This document shows positions 1-11,941 of a stretch of DNA of 32,251 nucleotides, piece after piece. The notes beneath the pieces were generated by a model that ran no database searches, was not told the origin of the DNA, and worked only from the letters and a program-made list of their open reading frames with translations. The stretch is from Octopus bimaculoides (taxonomy: Eukaryota). Position 1 is the first letter of the stretch, and each line of letters opens with the position of its first letter. The translations under genes were made by a program, and so were the position numbers. The stretch covers positions 117,296,144-117,328,394 of the forward strand of contig NC_068981.1 of NCBI RefSeq assembly GCF_001194135.2, read 5' to 3'.

Positions 1-194
1 ATTAATAGAAAAGTTTTTTTGTCATAAAAGTGTACATGTAATGGGTGGGTGTGTACACACACATACACACACACACGCACACACATTTGATTGCATGCAT
101 AATTGAGAACGGGTTTGGTAGAAAACGAAAAAGATTATAGATTCCTCTTAACTGAATGAGAATGAATGATGGAGAGATAACATTAAGTGACAGA

Positions 195-371
195 GTGTAT
201 ATGTACATGTGTATATGTACATGTGTATATGTACATGTGTATATTTACATGTGTATATTTACATGTGTATATGTATATGTGTATATGTACATGTGTATAT
301 GTACATGTGTATATGTACATGTGTATATTTACATGTGTATATGTACATGTGTATATGTACATGTGTATATG
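195..371. repeat. 14-bp minisatellite (GTGTATATGTACAT), ~12.5 copies
   Basis: Twelve full units from 195 to 362 plus a partial unit. Variants are GTGTATATTTACAT (3 copies) and GTGTATATGTATAT (1 copy). Confidence 0.95.
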
Positions 372-623
372 TTGGCTTTCTTTTTTACTTCGTTTTTATA
401 TTTTCATCTTCTCACGTCCCACCTCCACTTTGTAACCACGCACTCCATCGCAGAATCGAACTAATAGCCTGAAGCTAAAAATTAAGAGGTCCTTAAAGTA
501 GTTATACACCGCAATATAACTACAGAGCCCCGTAATGTTATCATCATCATTGTCAACGTCACTATCCCCGTTATCACCGTTGACATCGACATCATCTTCG
601 GCTTGTCAGCGTCATCGTCACTG

Positions 624-657
<34 letters not shown>

Positions 658-963
658 AATCATCATCATCAACAACAACAACATAATCTTCGTCGTCGTC
701 ATCACAAGTGAGAACAGAAGATGAATGGCAAGGCAGTGTTGTTGGAACAGAAGAGAGGAACAGCTTTAGTTTCGCCCGTGCGGTAAGAGCCTCGTGAGGC
801 AGTCTCCGTTCATAACATCCTGAGGCAACCTCAACGAACATCTCATTTTCACGCATGTACGCTTGCTTGCGTGTATGCATGCCTACTCTTGCATGTTGAA
901 TATTACATATGTATATATATCTATCTATCTATATATATATATATATATATATATATGCATACT

Positions 964-1023
<60 letters not shown>

Positions 1024-1047
1024 TCTATATCTATATCTATCTATATA

Positions 1048-1657
1048 NNNNNNNNNNNNNNNNNNNNNNNNNNNNNNNNNNNNNNNNNNNNNNNNNNNNN
1101 NNNNNNNNNNNNNNNNNNNNNNNNNNNNNNNNNNNNNNNNNNNNNNNNNNNNNNNNNNNNNNNNNNNNNNNNNNNNNNNNNNNNNNNNNNNNNNNNNNNN
1201 NNNNNNNNNNNNNNNNNNNNNNNNNNNNNNNNNNNNNNNNNNNNNNNNNNNNNNNNNNNNNNNNNNNNNNNNNNNNNNNNNNNNNNNNNNNNNNNNNNNN
1301 NNNNNNNNNNNNNNNNNNNNNNNNNNNNNNNNNNNNNNNNNNNNNNNNNNNNNNNNNNNNNNNNNNNNNNNNNNNNNNNNNNNNNNNNNNNNNNNNNNNN
1401 NNNNNNNNNNNNNNNNNNNNNNNNNNNNNNNNNNNNNNNNNNNNNNNNNNNNNNNNNNNNNNNNNNNNNNNNNNNNNNNNNNNNNNNNNNNNNNNNNNNN
1501 NNNNNNNNNNNNNNNNNNNNNNNNNNNNNNNNNNNNNNNNNNNNNNNNNNNNNNNNNNNNNNNNNNNNNNNNNNNNNNNNNNNNNNNNNNNNNNNNNNNN
1601 NNNNNNNNNNNNNNNNNNNNNNNNNNNNNNNNNNNNNNNNNNNNNNNNNNNNNNNNN
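1048..1657. other. Assembly gap (N) flanked by (TA)n
   Basis: Run of N. Confidence 1.
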
Positions 1658-2052
1658 TATATATATATATATACAGGGATAGATGAATGCTTGGAGGGTA
1701 TCAGGCAAAGTACCTTGGGATTTAAAGTCCTGTGCAGGTCAGCTTCACATTTCTTGCTTTCGAAGTTGAGAGAAGAAATACGAAGCAAATTATTAGGCTG
1801 ATTATAAACGAACTAAAATCTTTGAAACAATTGCTCCTCCATGGCACAGTTCAATGACTGTGTATTGACATGTACATACATAAATACAAACATGAAATAC
1901 GTATATGAGTGTGCTGGAGTGACAGAAGCAATAGAATTCAGAACTACATGCCTTTCGCTGGATTCAGCTGTTCTTTTCATTTTCCAGGAAGTGACAAAAA
2001 TAAAAATGTATCCCTACTGTACGCGCATTCACGCACGCATACACACACACAG

Positions 2053-2086
<34 letters not shown>

Positions 2087-3189
2087 ACACACACATACAC
2101 ACACACACACACACATTGCACTTTATTAAAATACAGGTATTTCGTGAATATATTGCTACAGTTATTTCCGCCGTATTATAGCTTTTCTGGTAATGTCGGA
2201 TAAGATCTACTCCAGCTTCATATATTGCTTTTTAAAATTAAGTAAGGGAAATAATCTAATTTATTGAATTATTAATACGTGTAGATTTATTTGAGAAAAG
2301 ATTATAAGATTTCTATGTTTGCGAAGTGATTTTGACGTTATTTCTAATTGTGGAGCTAAATATTATTTCAAGAGGAAAGAGAAAATGATGTTTTATTTGA
2401 ATTTCATGTTGCTATGCCAGTATGATATTTAAAGAATTACCCCTGCATGTGAAAGTCTGAAGAAAGCAATTCAAAATTTTTACTAAGTGTGGCTTGATTG
2501 TTGATGATTTAATATTATAAAACGTATTGCTCTTTCTCAAAGACCAGATCCGTTTTATTAATATTATTTCCAGTCTACTTTACAATGTTACAAATATATA
2601 CCGTGTCGACAGAGATAGTTCTTAGTTTGCTTTGCACTCATTCCCAAGCCAACAATGTCGTGTTGAGTAACGTTAGATGCAACAGTATTTGCGTATATAT
2701 CTAACTATTCCAAGCATTTACCAATGTCTGATCAAACGAAATAAAATTGGCAATTGTATTTTTGTATTCTGATTAGTTTGAGCACCCTCGGTTCAAATCA
2801 GTCATCATTCCCTTCCTCTTAATGAATACTAGAGTATAGTTAAAGTTTACTTGTGTTGGATAGTCTATTCTATATTTTTGTCCGGGGAACTCGATTTTTA
2901 GACGATGGGAAAACTTGTTGCCTATCATTGTCCTTATATTTATTGAATATGATGGATTTGACCACATGGGTCCAACATTGCGCTTTTTCCTAATGGGTGG
3001 AATGTGCCTGTGAAATTTAGTGGTTTCTTTGAAACCTCTCGATAACTTTATATTGTTATAAATACTTACTCTTCCCCCATGAGAGAATGCTTAAATTCGC
3101 TTACACTTATTATTGGATAGATCTTAAAAGCATGTGGTTGTTGGTTTGAGTTATTGTCAACATAAAACGCTCAACAAAATGACTCGATA

Positions 3190-3259
3190 TATGTATATAC
3201 ATATATGTATGAATGCATGTATGTATGCATGTATGTATGTGTGCATGTATGTACGCATA

Positions 3260-3318
<59 letters not shown>

Positions 3319-3323
3319 GTGTG

Positions 3324-3373
<50 letters not shown>

Positions 3374-3387
3374 CACACAAATATACA

Positions 3388-3419
<32 letters not shown>

Positions 3420-3432
3420 CATGTGTATGTAT
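3190..3432. repeat. Compound microsatellite (TATG)n-(TA)n-(CATA)n forming a quasi-palindrome
   Basis: A left TATG-type arm and a right CATA-type arm surround a long self-complementary (TA)n core. Confidence 0.85.
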
Positions 3433-3825
3433 AACTAAACGTGGCAGTCTTCGGATGCAAAAACATAACTCACATTCACAGATGCAGATATCAAACTGTT
3501 TCAACAAACACACAGACATCGAAAGTCAGAAATATAACAGTCAATGAAAACACACGTTTCAAACAGCAAATAAACATTACCAAAATATATAATCCCGTCT
3601 CAACTGGTATAGAAAAACACACATACACATATGCGCCAACGGAACATACATGCAGACATGTGCACTACATTAAACCAACCAGCAACAAATAGATAAAACC
3701 ACTTAAACATATGAACCAATGAAAAAATAGTACTCTTTTTACTGAGTTTGTTTTAGCTTAATATTGCTTATATATGTATAAATACATATACACGCATTAA
3801 TATATGTGTGTAGATAAATAGATAG

Positions 3826-3903
3826 ACATACATACATACATACATACATACATACATACATACATACATACCATACAGGCAGACAGACAGGCAGACAGAC
3901 AAA

Positions 3904-3975
<72 letters not shown>

Positions 3976-3983
3976 GTAGATAG
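3826..3983. repeat. Compound tetranucleotide repeats (CATA)n-(CAGA)n-(GATA)n
   Basis: Directly visible. Confidence 0.95.
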
Positions 3984-4213
3984 AATTAATGAAACCTAGA
4001 GATTTGTGAAAAGCAGGAGAAGTTAAGAAACTCGTATGATATCAGGATTAAATTAGCCAACTCCAAATTCTCACAAAAATTCGAAAGTAGTAGCCGTTCC
4101 TGAATCACACACAACCTTAAGATACCATAAATGCACATAAACTTATCGTTAAACAGTCAATAAATATACAGTTAATCAGAAAGACATTTTGGAAAACAAG
4201 CAGTATCACTTAC

Positions 4214-4551
4214 CCATATTTTGTGCAAACTCTTCGGAATTCAAGTTGGGGCTACGTCGTTTCCGAGGCCTTCCTTTTTGTAAGGTCCCTACCCCATTAT
4301 AGTAAGGGGTTTGATTTGCGTTCATGTCTGGAGACAAAGAAATGTACTCCGACTGATAGGAATCCTCGTAATGGACTTGGCAGTATACAAAATGTTCCCG
4401 AAGTCCAAATGTGTCCCCCGCCTGCAACGCTTTGTTGCAGGTGAAACAAGTAAAACACGATACATGATAGATGTGGTTTTTGGCTCGCATCACCAAGTCT
4501 GTTGACTGAATACCCATCCCGCATCTTGCACATCGTTGAGTGTTAAATAAC
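4214..4551 (-). CDS. Lhx2/9: Lhx2/9 exon encoding LIM domain 2 and the basic linker (KGRPRKRR)
   Basis: The acceptor TTTTTTCCTCCACAG|G at 4551 completes the Arg codon from the previous exon. It reads LFNTQRCARCGMGIQSTDLVMRAKNHIYHVSCFTCFTCNKALQAGDTFGLREHFVYCQVHYE...YYNGVGTLQKGRPRKRRSP...QNMG, matching Lhx2/9 LIM2 (QRCARCHLGISASEMVMRA...) and the family linker motif KGRPRKRK. The donor G|GTAAGT follows 4214 (phase 1). Length 338 nt = 1+336+1, consistent with both phases. Confidence 0.96.
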
Positions 4552-5278
4552 CTGTGGAGGAAAAAAAGCAGAAAATGATAATATTTTAATGGGGAATGTA
4601 ATACAAAGTAGTAAACTGAAAGTAACTAGAAAACTCCAGCTAAATGTCTAGTTCAACTTGGCTTTACATTACATATATCTTAGCGTTTAACTTTGCCTTC
4701 CATCCGGCTACAGTCACTTTCTCTACTAAACTGGTTTTAAAATAACTGCGATAAGCATGTAGTCGTAGATATCTATAACTAACTGTATTGTACAAAGGAA
4801 CCACGCAATATAAGTCAAGACCCTGCAGTAAGACAATCATGTGACTGTACCTTATGGGAAATCCATTGGTTTATCCGCTCAGACACCTACCACTGAGCAC
4901 TCATAATAGACTGAGTGGATAGAGTCTATTATCTTCTTACACTGAAAGTAACACTTCTTATTTGAAAGGTATATCAAGCAATCTTGGTATACATGCATTT
5001 TGGGGGGAAGATTATAGCGAAATACTTGCACTAAAATAACGACGAACAGAACAAGCAGAACGAACAAGAGCGCGAGCGCAGTTTGAGTCTTTTAACAAAG
5101 TTCTTGAAAGTAAACATACTGAGTTGTTATTCTTATATAAAGAGTATCTGCTATTATAGAAAATAGAAAATAAGACTATGATTTTCATAACTTATCTCAA
5201 GAGTATTAGCGAAGTAGATTACATTAAATTATTACAACCGGGTGTTGAAATTGAGAACGAACGCTCATTTATTCACTA

Positions 5279-5312
5279 GACCGTAAAACTATAAGGACCG
5301 TAAAACTATAAG
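5279..5312. repeat. Perfect 17-bp tandem duplication
   Basis: GACCGTAAAACTATAAG occurs twice, at 5279-5295 and 5296-5312. Confidence 0.95.
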
Positions 5313-6542
5313 TCATTGGCTTCTTTCTAGTGAAGCTTAAATATTCCATATTTTTGATGAAGGGGGAAAAAGATAGTAAATTGTAACGATTTTGCATTTA
5401 CTAAAACAGTAAGGGGCAAGATTTAGCTTCAAACAAGAACTGAAACATGGTTAGAATCTCGACTTTTCAGGAACACACTTCTCGCCGACGGGAACCTTGA
5501 CTATTTTGAATCTCTAAGAAATGTCCATTGACCATCAGTATCTCAAGTTAACACTGGTGTTTACATCTTAAACATCAATCTTATGTGTAAGATGCAAGGA
5601 GGTTTTCAAATAAATTAATCTGGAATATTTTGAGTAATTAAATAGTTGGTGATTTAGTTATAAACGTTTAATCGTGGATTTTAATCATCTCCAACTTAAT
5701 AGTCCGTCTTATAAAAAAAAATCTAGTCGCCTTCACTTAAAGACAGTCTTTTTATTCTTCATACTAAAAGACTTAATCAGCGTTATACGTTGTGGCTTTT
5801 CCTTTCTTATGTAGTACGATGGAAAAGATGACAACAAAAATGTATAGAGTACCGGCTATTGTTGCATTGGAGACTATTTCTGATTTTGAGCTAAAATAAA
5901 AGATTCTTAGAAGAAAGAAGGTGAGATGCAAACAGTTAGTTTTGTTCTACTCTAAATATTTTGTGATTTCAATCCTTGTGTGTGCGCGCGTGTGCATGTT
6001 AAGGTTTATCAGTGAGGCAAGATTTCAATATCGCATGACTTTCATAAACGTCCAATGATACTACCGATCCCAGGATCTTCACAGTAGGCTACCCTAGAAT
6101 GTTTCAGTTGCCGTTACAACTTTGTGGTATGCAAATTCAGTACAGCGATCTATGTTTCTCATTACGATGAAGTTGGACACATCATATCATGAAGAAGTAT
6201 TACTACAAGATCTTTCAAACTGTATTCTCCTTAAGTCTCACTTGTAGATATACATATATATTCAGATACGTGCATATATATGTATTTATGTATAAATTCT
6301 AAATCTGCAGACGAATTAGACAATTAAAACTGTTAATCGGTATATTGTAGTGCTTAGTTGAGAACGTTGTGCACCATTTATATTTGCCTTTGATATGGTA
6401 ATAAGGTCAGTGTGTAAGATTTCTTGTAATATTATGCTTCTACATGAATGAATATTTATTTAATTTGTTCAAATATGAACTAAAAAATTACAGTCTATTA
6501 CGTTAATCCTATACGTGCGCAGTATGCACCATGTATGTATAT

Positions 6543-6580
<38 letters not shown>

Positions 6581-7023
6581 GTGCGTGCGTGTGTGTGTGT
6601 GCGTGTGTTTGGGTATGTGTGTATGTGTGAGTGTGCGCGTGTGCGCGCGCGTGTTTTGCGTGTGTGTATTAATGGGAAATGCGACGACATATTGTAAACA
6701 AACTTTGGAAGCGTCGAATGCGTTTGATATATTACAGACAAGAAAATATATTTCGAATGCAGTATAGCCGCGAAAACAGCACAAAGATTCGATGCTTCCA
6801 AACTTTGCTTACAATATGTCGCATTTTAAAAAAAAGCTATCATTATTTAGCGTTTAATTTGACGGCGATTGTTATCCGTGAATCGTTTAGCTTAATGGTA
6901 TTAAGCCGGTATTCAAGAGTGACGTGTTCACATCCTGTAGCCGTCTACTAACAACTTCCCTTTCACCCTGTCTTATAAGGGTTAAATACCCAATCTTTCT
7001 GCTGTTTTCACGCTATACTGCGT

Positions 7024-7078
<55 letters not shown>

Positions 7079-7171
7079 ATATGCAGTTCGATGTCAAATT
7101 CAAAGCAAAAGTCAAAGGGACGTCCACAGGGAATATTATAATTTTGATGGTCGAAACACACACACAATCAA

Positions 7172-7210
<39 letters not shown>

Positions 7211-7264
7211 GGGGGGGGGTGTATATATATATGTATGCTAGTATGTGAGTGTGTGTGTGTGTGT

Positions 7265-7295
<31 letters not shown>

Positions 7296-8503
7296 CGTGT
7301 GTGTGTACACTTATATATAAATATACATATTTATGTATATCAACATATGAGTATGTGAGCGCGTGAGTGAAATAAAATGTCAGCTGCCAACTTCTGTCAA
7401 AACTGGAGTCCAGACACTTAACTCTGACGCCATGTTGGCATCTTAAACAACAAAAATTAGAACATTAAGAAAGTTGGCTATCTAAAGAAAATGTTGATAA
7501 TCAAATTATTCCGATCGTTTTAACAGCAAGAACAAAAGAATTCCAAGCGCATACACATGCGCACATACTCATATAAACATATGCCCCCGCACACACATAC
7601 ACACACGTGAACATACACACATGCACATACACAAGAATCTCTTGCGAATGGTGGATGTGAATAGTATTGCGGCTTTTTTTCTGATTATTTTTTAAAATTT
7701 ATCTAATCATGTTATTGTGAAGAACAAGCAAATGGTATGTTTTCCACATATTAACAAAGTCACAGCTTTGAAGAAATGTCCAGCTTAGAATGCAACATGT
7801 TTTTGATTGCCTCCTGTGCCTATCTTAAATTCATTTCAAGAATGTCCTAATGATCTTTGGATGAAGGCAAAGAACTTGCAAACTTCATTGTCATATTTTT
7901 CTATGACAAAATAATATGGATATGCCAAAGGCAAATATATCGATTCTGTTGAACAGAGAATTTCCAGACATGACCATCTCACCTTTAATTCGGAAACTAC
8001 ATATCTCTATTATATAATGTCTCTCCTTTTTCAACTATGATATTAGCAGAGTGAAATTTACTGCTATTTCCTGCACTTTGACAGACCATAAAGATCACTT
8101 TGAGTTTATTTATCATATTTCAATTAAGAAAATAGTACGTTAGTTACAATTGGATTTTGTTCAAAGGTCAAGGTCCAATACTACATGATGCATATCTAAG
8201 ATTATTGAAGATTTCAGACAACCATTTCTTTTCCTAGAGTTTGAGTAAATTTATAAGCATTTTGAGTGCATGCGTATATGTGTACATGTGTGCATATATA
8301 TGTATGTTTGCGTATTTATATATAAACGTACTTACGTATGCGTGTATGTATCTGTCTATGTGTGTGAACCCAATGTACATAAAATATATACATACATACA
8401 AACTTTTTATTGAATCATATTTGGATGTTGGTTTCTTTGAAAATATATTTCTACTTGTGTTTAAAAATGTCAATGTAGAGTGCACCTATGTGCATGCATA
8501 TGT

Positions 8504-8544
<41 letters not shown>

Positions 8545-9361
8545 NNNNNNNNNNNNNNNNNNNNNNNNNNNNNNNNNNNNNNNNNNNNNNNNNNNNNNNN
8601 NNNNNNNNNNNNNNNNNNNNNNNNNNNNNNNNNNNNNNNNNNNNNNNNNNNNNNNNNNNNNNNNNNNNNNNNNNNNNNNNNNNNNNNNNNNNNNNNNNNN
8701 NNNNNNNNNNNNNNNNNNNNNNNNNNNNNNNNNNNNNNNNNNNNNNNNNNNNNNNNNNNNNNNNNNNNNNNNNNNNNNNNNNNNNNNNNNNNNNNNNNNN
8801 NNNNNNNNNNNNNNNNNNNNNNNNNNNNNNNNNNNNNNNNNNNNNNNNNNNNNNNNNNNNNNNNNNNNNNNNNNNNNNNNNNNNNNNNNNNNNNNNNNNN
8901 NNNNNNNNNNNNNNNNNNNNNNNNNNNNNNNNNNNNNNNNNNNNNNNNNNNNNNNNNNNNNNNNNNNNNNNNNNNNNNNNNNNNNNNNNNNNNNNNNNNN
9001 NNNNNNNNNNNNNNNNNNNNNNNNNNNNNNNNNNNNNNNNNNNNNNNNNNNNNNNNNNNNNNNNNNNNNNNNNNNNNNNNNNNNNNNNNNNNNNNNNNNN
9101 NNNNNNNNNNNNNNNNNNNNNNNNNNNNNNNNNNNNNNNNNNNNNNNNNNNNNNNNNNNNNNNNNNNNNNNNNNNNNNNNNNNNNNNNNNNNNNNNNNNN
9201 NNNNNNNNNNNNNNNNNNNNNNNNNNNNNNNNNNNNNNNNNNNNNNNNNNNNNNNNNNNNNNNNNNNNNNNNNNNNNNNNNNNNNNNNNNNNNNNNNNNN
9301 NNNNNNNNNNNNNNNNNNNNNNNNNNNNNNNNNNNNNNNNNNNNNNNNNNNNNNNNNNNNN
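8545..9361. other. Assembly gap (N) flanked by TA-rich repeats
   Basis: Run of N. Confidence 1.
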
Positions 9362-9455
9362 ATATGTGTGTGTGTATATATATGTATATATATGTGCAGC
9401 TCTCTCTTTCTCTGCATTTATATATACACACACACGCATATATATTTATAATGCA

Positions 9456-9483
9456 ATAATAATAATAATAATAATAATAATTG

Positions 9484-9559
<76 letters not shown>

Positions 9560-9582
9560 CATAACAATAATAATAATAATTA
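9456..9582. repeat. (AAT)n-(ATT)n-(AAT)n trinucleotide tract
   Basis: Directly visible; the arms are mutually complementary. Confidence 0.95.
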
Positions 9583-10916
9583 AATATATGTGTGTGTATG
9601 TGTGTTTGTGCGAGCGTGCGTATGTGTGTATGAATATATGTATATAACATATGTGTATACGTATGTGTTTGTACATGTTTGTGTGTTTGTGAATATATAT
9701 TTATATACATGTATGCATATTTATGTGTGTGTAAATATATATATATATATATGTATGTGTGTGTATGTGTGTGTGTATATGTATATATATACATACATGT
9801 ATACATATATGTGTGTGTAATACACTTGCAAGGATACAGATAAATATTTATTTACATACACATATATGCACATTTATGTGTATATATATGATTCCACGTA
9901 TGCTTACATGCATATAACGTGCCTTCGATGAATTTTATTCCGATTTGTCTAAACGACCTCGTTTCACCAAACTTTTGATTTCTTAATTTTCAGTGCATTA
10001 CTTTGTCTTCTAGTATCTCATTAGTATTTTGTGTTGTACTAAATTAGAGAAAAAGTAATCGCTTATTGCTCCAGAAGACGTTATAATGAATCAGTATACT
10101 CTATATCTAGATGCCATGGGCTAGTAGAATGCTGCATGGGTACACACCTAGGCTTAATCAAGTTATGTCTGGTTGCCTGGTTGCTGGTGTATATTTGTAA
10201 CACTCGAAACAGGGACCCCAGAATACAACACAGACGATATACCCAAGTATTGCATTTTTAAATATATCCTAAACTATAAATTTGTTTTCGATAGAAAGAC
10301 TTCTTATCGACAGAAGTGGTGCATTCTATTGTAATAGTCATGCTTACCCCGGGGGTAAAAGAGAGAAGTGTGTTAAATGGCTCCCAAATTTTAAAAAAAT
10401 AAGTATATGTAAATTTAATATCTCGTAAAAGAATTTTGTTATTAACACTTAATCATCATGAAATATCTCTACCTGAGAGTACTTGAACCAGCTCACAAAT
10501 TGTTTACTGAGGCCTTATCTCTATCAAAGTAAGCATGAATATATCCTAAGCATATGCAATAGTACTGTATGGACAAAATTTTAATCACTATATCCAGACT
10601 TAATGAACAGTAGGTGACAAGATGTAATGAACACCATTCACGTTTCATTGTTTCTCCAAAGGACATTAACTCAGCAAATACAATATGTATAATACATAGA
10701 TCTTGGATCACAGATTTATTTCACTTCAACTTATCACTTACCTTTTGATTGATCATCATCGTAACAATATTAAAGAAATGAAACAGCGGCATATGTTCCA
10801 TGTATCAAGTGTTTAAGTTGACTTTAACTAAGCAACAACAACAAAAAGTTCACTAGCAAAGCAAAAACAACATCAAATTGAAGTTGAGAAGAGATAAAAA
10901 TATTTTATATGCTTAC

Positions 10917-11695
10917 CTTTGATAATCCTCTTTACAATAGTAGTTACCCATCCGTTCGTAGCATGACCGTTCCGTGTCTAGCGTAGACTTACACTCGTAA
11001 CATTTCAAGCAGTTAAAGTGCCAAGCATTGTTGGCCACATTTAAATAGTAGCGCTCCGTGATCAGATCCCCACAGCCAGCGCAAACAAAAGGCTTGTGTT
11101 CATCTTGAATGAGGGAATTTTGATGATGTGGTGGTAGTTGATGAGGATGTAAATGATGTTGATGTGGCTGAGTGTGGTGATGATGATGGTGATGATGATG
11201 CAATTGTGCTGTATGATGGTGATGGATGTTATTAGTGGTTGTATTGCTGCCGTTGTTACCATTTGTGATGCTGATGTTGCTATTACCGTTCATGTTATTG
11301 CTGACATTATTATTGCAGTTGTTTGCGGCGTTGGGAGTGTTGCTGGCATTGCTGCTGTTGCTTCCACCATTGCTGCTGTTGTTGCTGTTTCCGATCACAC
11401 GGCTGCTGCGGTTGTCGTTTCCTTGATTCACTGAGTTGAGCATATCGGGAATGGCGATTTCACTGAGTTCCACAGCAGTAACCATTGGAGGGGCCGTGTT
11501 GCCCTGCAAATGGACAATAAACCCACCACTGTAGTTAGAAGGACGGCAGGAATAATCTACTTCGGGACCAAATGGCCACTCTGAACTGGTCGAGGTCATC
11601 GTCGGATGTTTCATATCCATCAATGCTACCTGCTGATCAGAATTCGGCGACTTGGTAGTCTGTAGGGGAAATATCAGGGGCCAGGGATGAGACAT
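10917..11695 (-). CDS. Lhx2/9: LIM-homeobox protein Lhx2/9 (apterous class), exon encoding the low-complexity N-terminus and LIM domain 1
   Basis: The translation ends in a canonical LIM domain, C-x2-C-x17-H-x2-C-x2-C-x2-C-x18-C-x2-D (CAGCGDLITERYYL...WHFNCLKCYECK...YCKEDYQR; first Cys at 11083). It closely resembles the LHX2/LHX9 LIM1 (CAGCGGKISDRYYL...YCKEDYYR). The donor is AG|GTAAGC, exon end 10917, phase 2. The 5' limit is uncertain: in-frame ATG at 11695, acceptor-like CCCCTACAG| before 11659, or ATG at 11620. Confidence 0.95.
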
Positions 11696-11850
11696 AAAAC
11701 AGTAAAATCAACAAAGTCAAATACTCATCATTTCATATGTATATATAAATATTTAGGTATGTGTATGTGTGTGTGCGTGTGTGTGTATATATAGATACAC
11801 ACACGCACATGAATACACACATATATATGTATATGTATATGTGTATGCAG

Positions 11851-11899
11851 TTTTCTATTCGTTTCAGCCATGTAGCTGCAGTCATACCGGAGCACCACC

Positions 11900-11900
<1 letters not shown>
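11851..11900 (-). mobile_element. Short retroposon 3' tail fragment abutting (TA)n
   Basis: The reverse complement AGGTGGTGCTCCGGTATGACTGCAGCTACATGGCTGAAACGAATAGAAAA aligns with 22636-22688. Confidence 0.65.

Positions 11901-11941
<41 letters not shown>

Larger units (their letters stand above)
1..4213 (-). other. Intron downstream of the LIM2 exon; homeodomain exon not found in the window
   Basis: Starts with donor GTAAGT at 4213. I found no homeodomain-like sequence (for example KRMRTSFKHHQL or WFQN) in the ORF track or by eye in 1-4213. The 610-nt gap at 1048-1657 cannot be read. Confidence 0.75.
4552..10916 (-). other. Intron between the LIM1 and LIM2 exons (6365 bp, GT-AG, phase 2)
   Basis: Starts GTAAGC at 10916 and ends CCACAG at 4552 on the minus strand. 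Splicing gives a continuous KEDYQR-LFNTQRCARC. Confidence 0.92.

Noticed and set aside
195-371. Regular direct repeats as a CRISPR array
   Set aside because: The units are contiguous with no unique spacers, and the context is eukaryotic.
156-472. Cys/Tyr/Val/Met-rich repetitive ORFs (and many like them across the window)
   Set aside because: They are translations of the 14-bp minisatellite or of TA/TG/TATG repeats.
482-880. 132-aa minus-strand ORF with poly-Asp, as a possible next Lhx2/9 exon
   Set aside because: The acidic tract is a (CAT)n microsatellite, there is no homeodomain similarity, and I found no convincing splice context.
863-1801. Long ORFs spanning N-gaps (also 8241-9806, 15034-15455, 22211-22772)
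   Set aside because: They are open only because N runs contain no stop codons and the flanks are TA/CA microsatellites.
11062-11434. Overlapping antisense and alternative-frame ORFs over the LIM1 exon
   Set aside because: They are shadows of the low-complexity Asn/His coding sequence.
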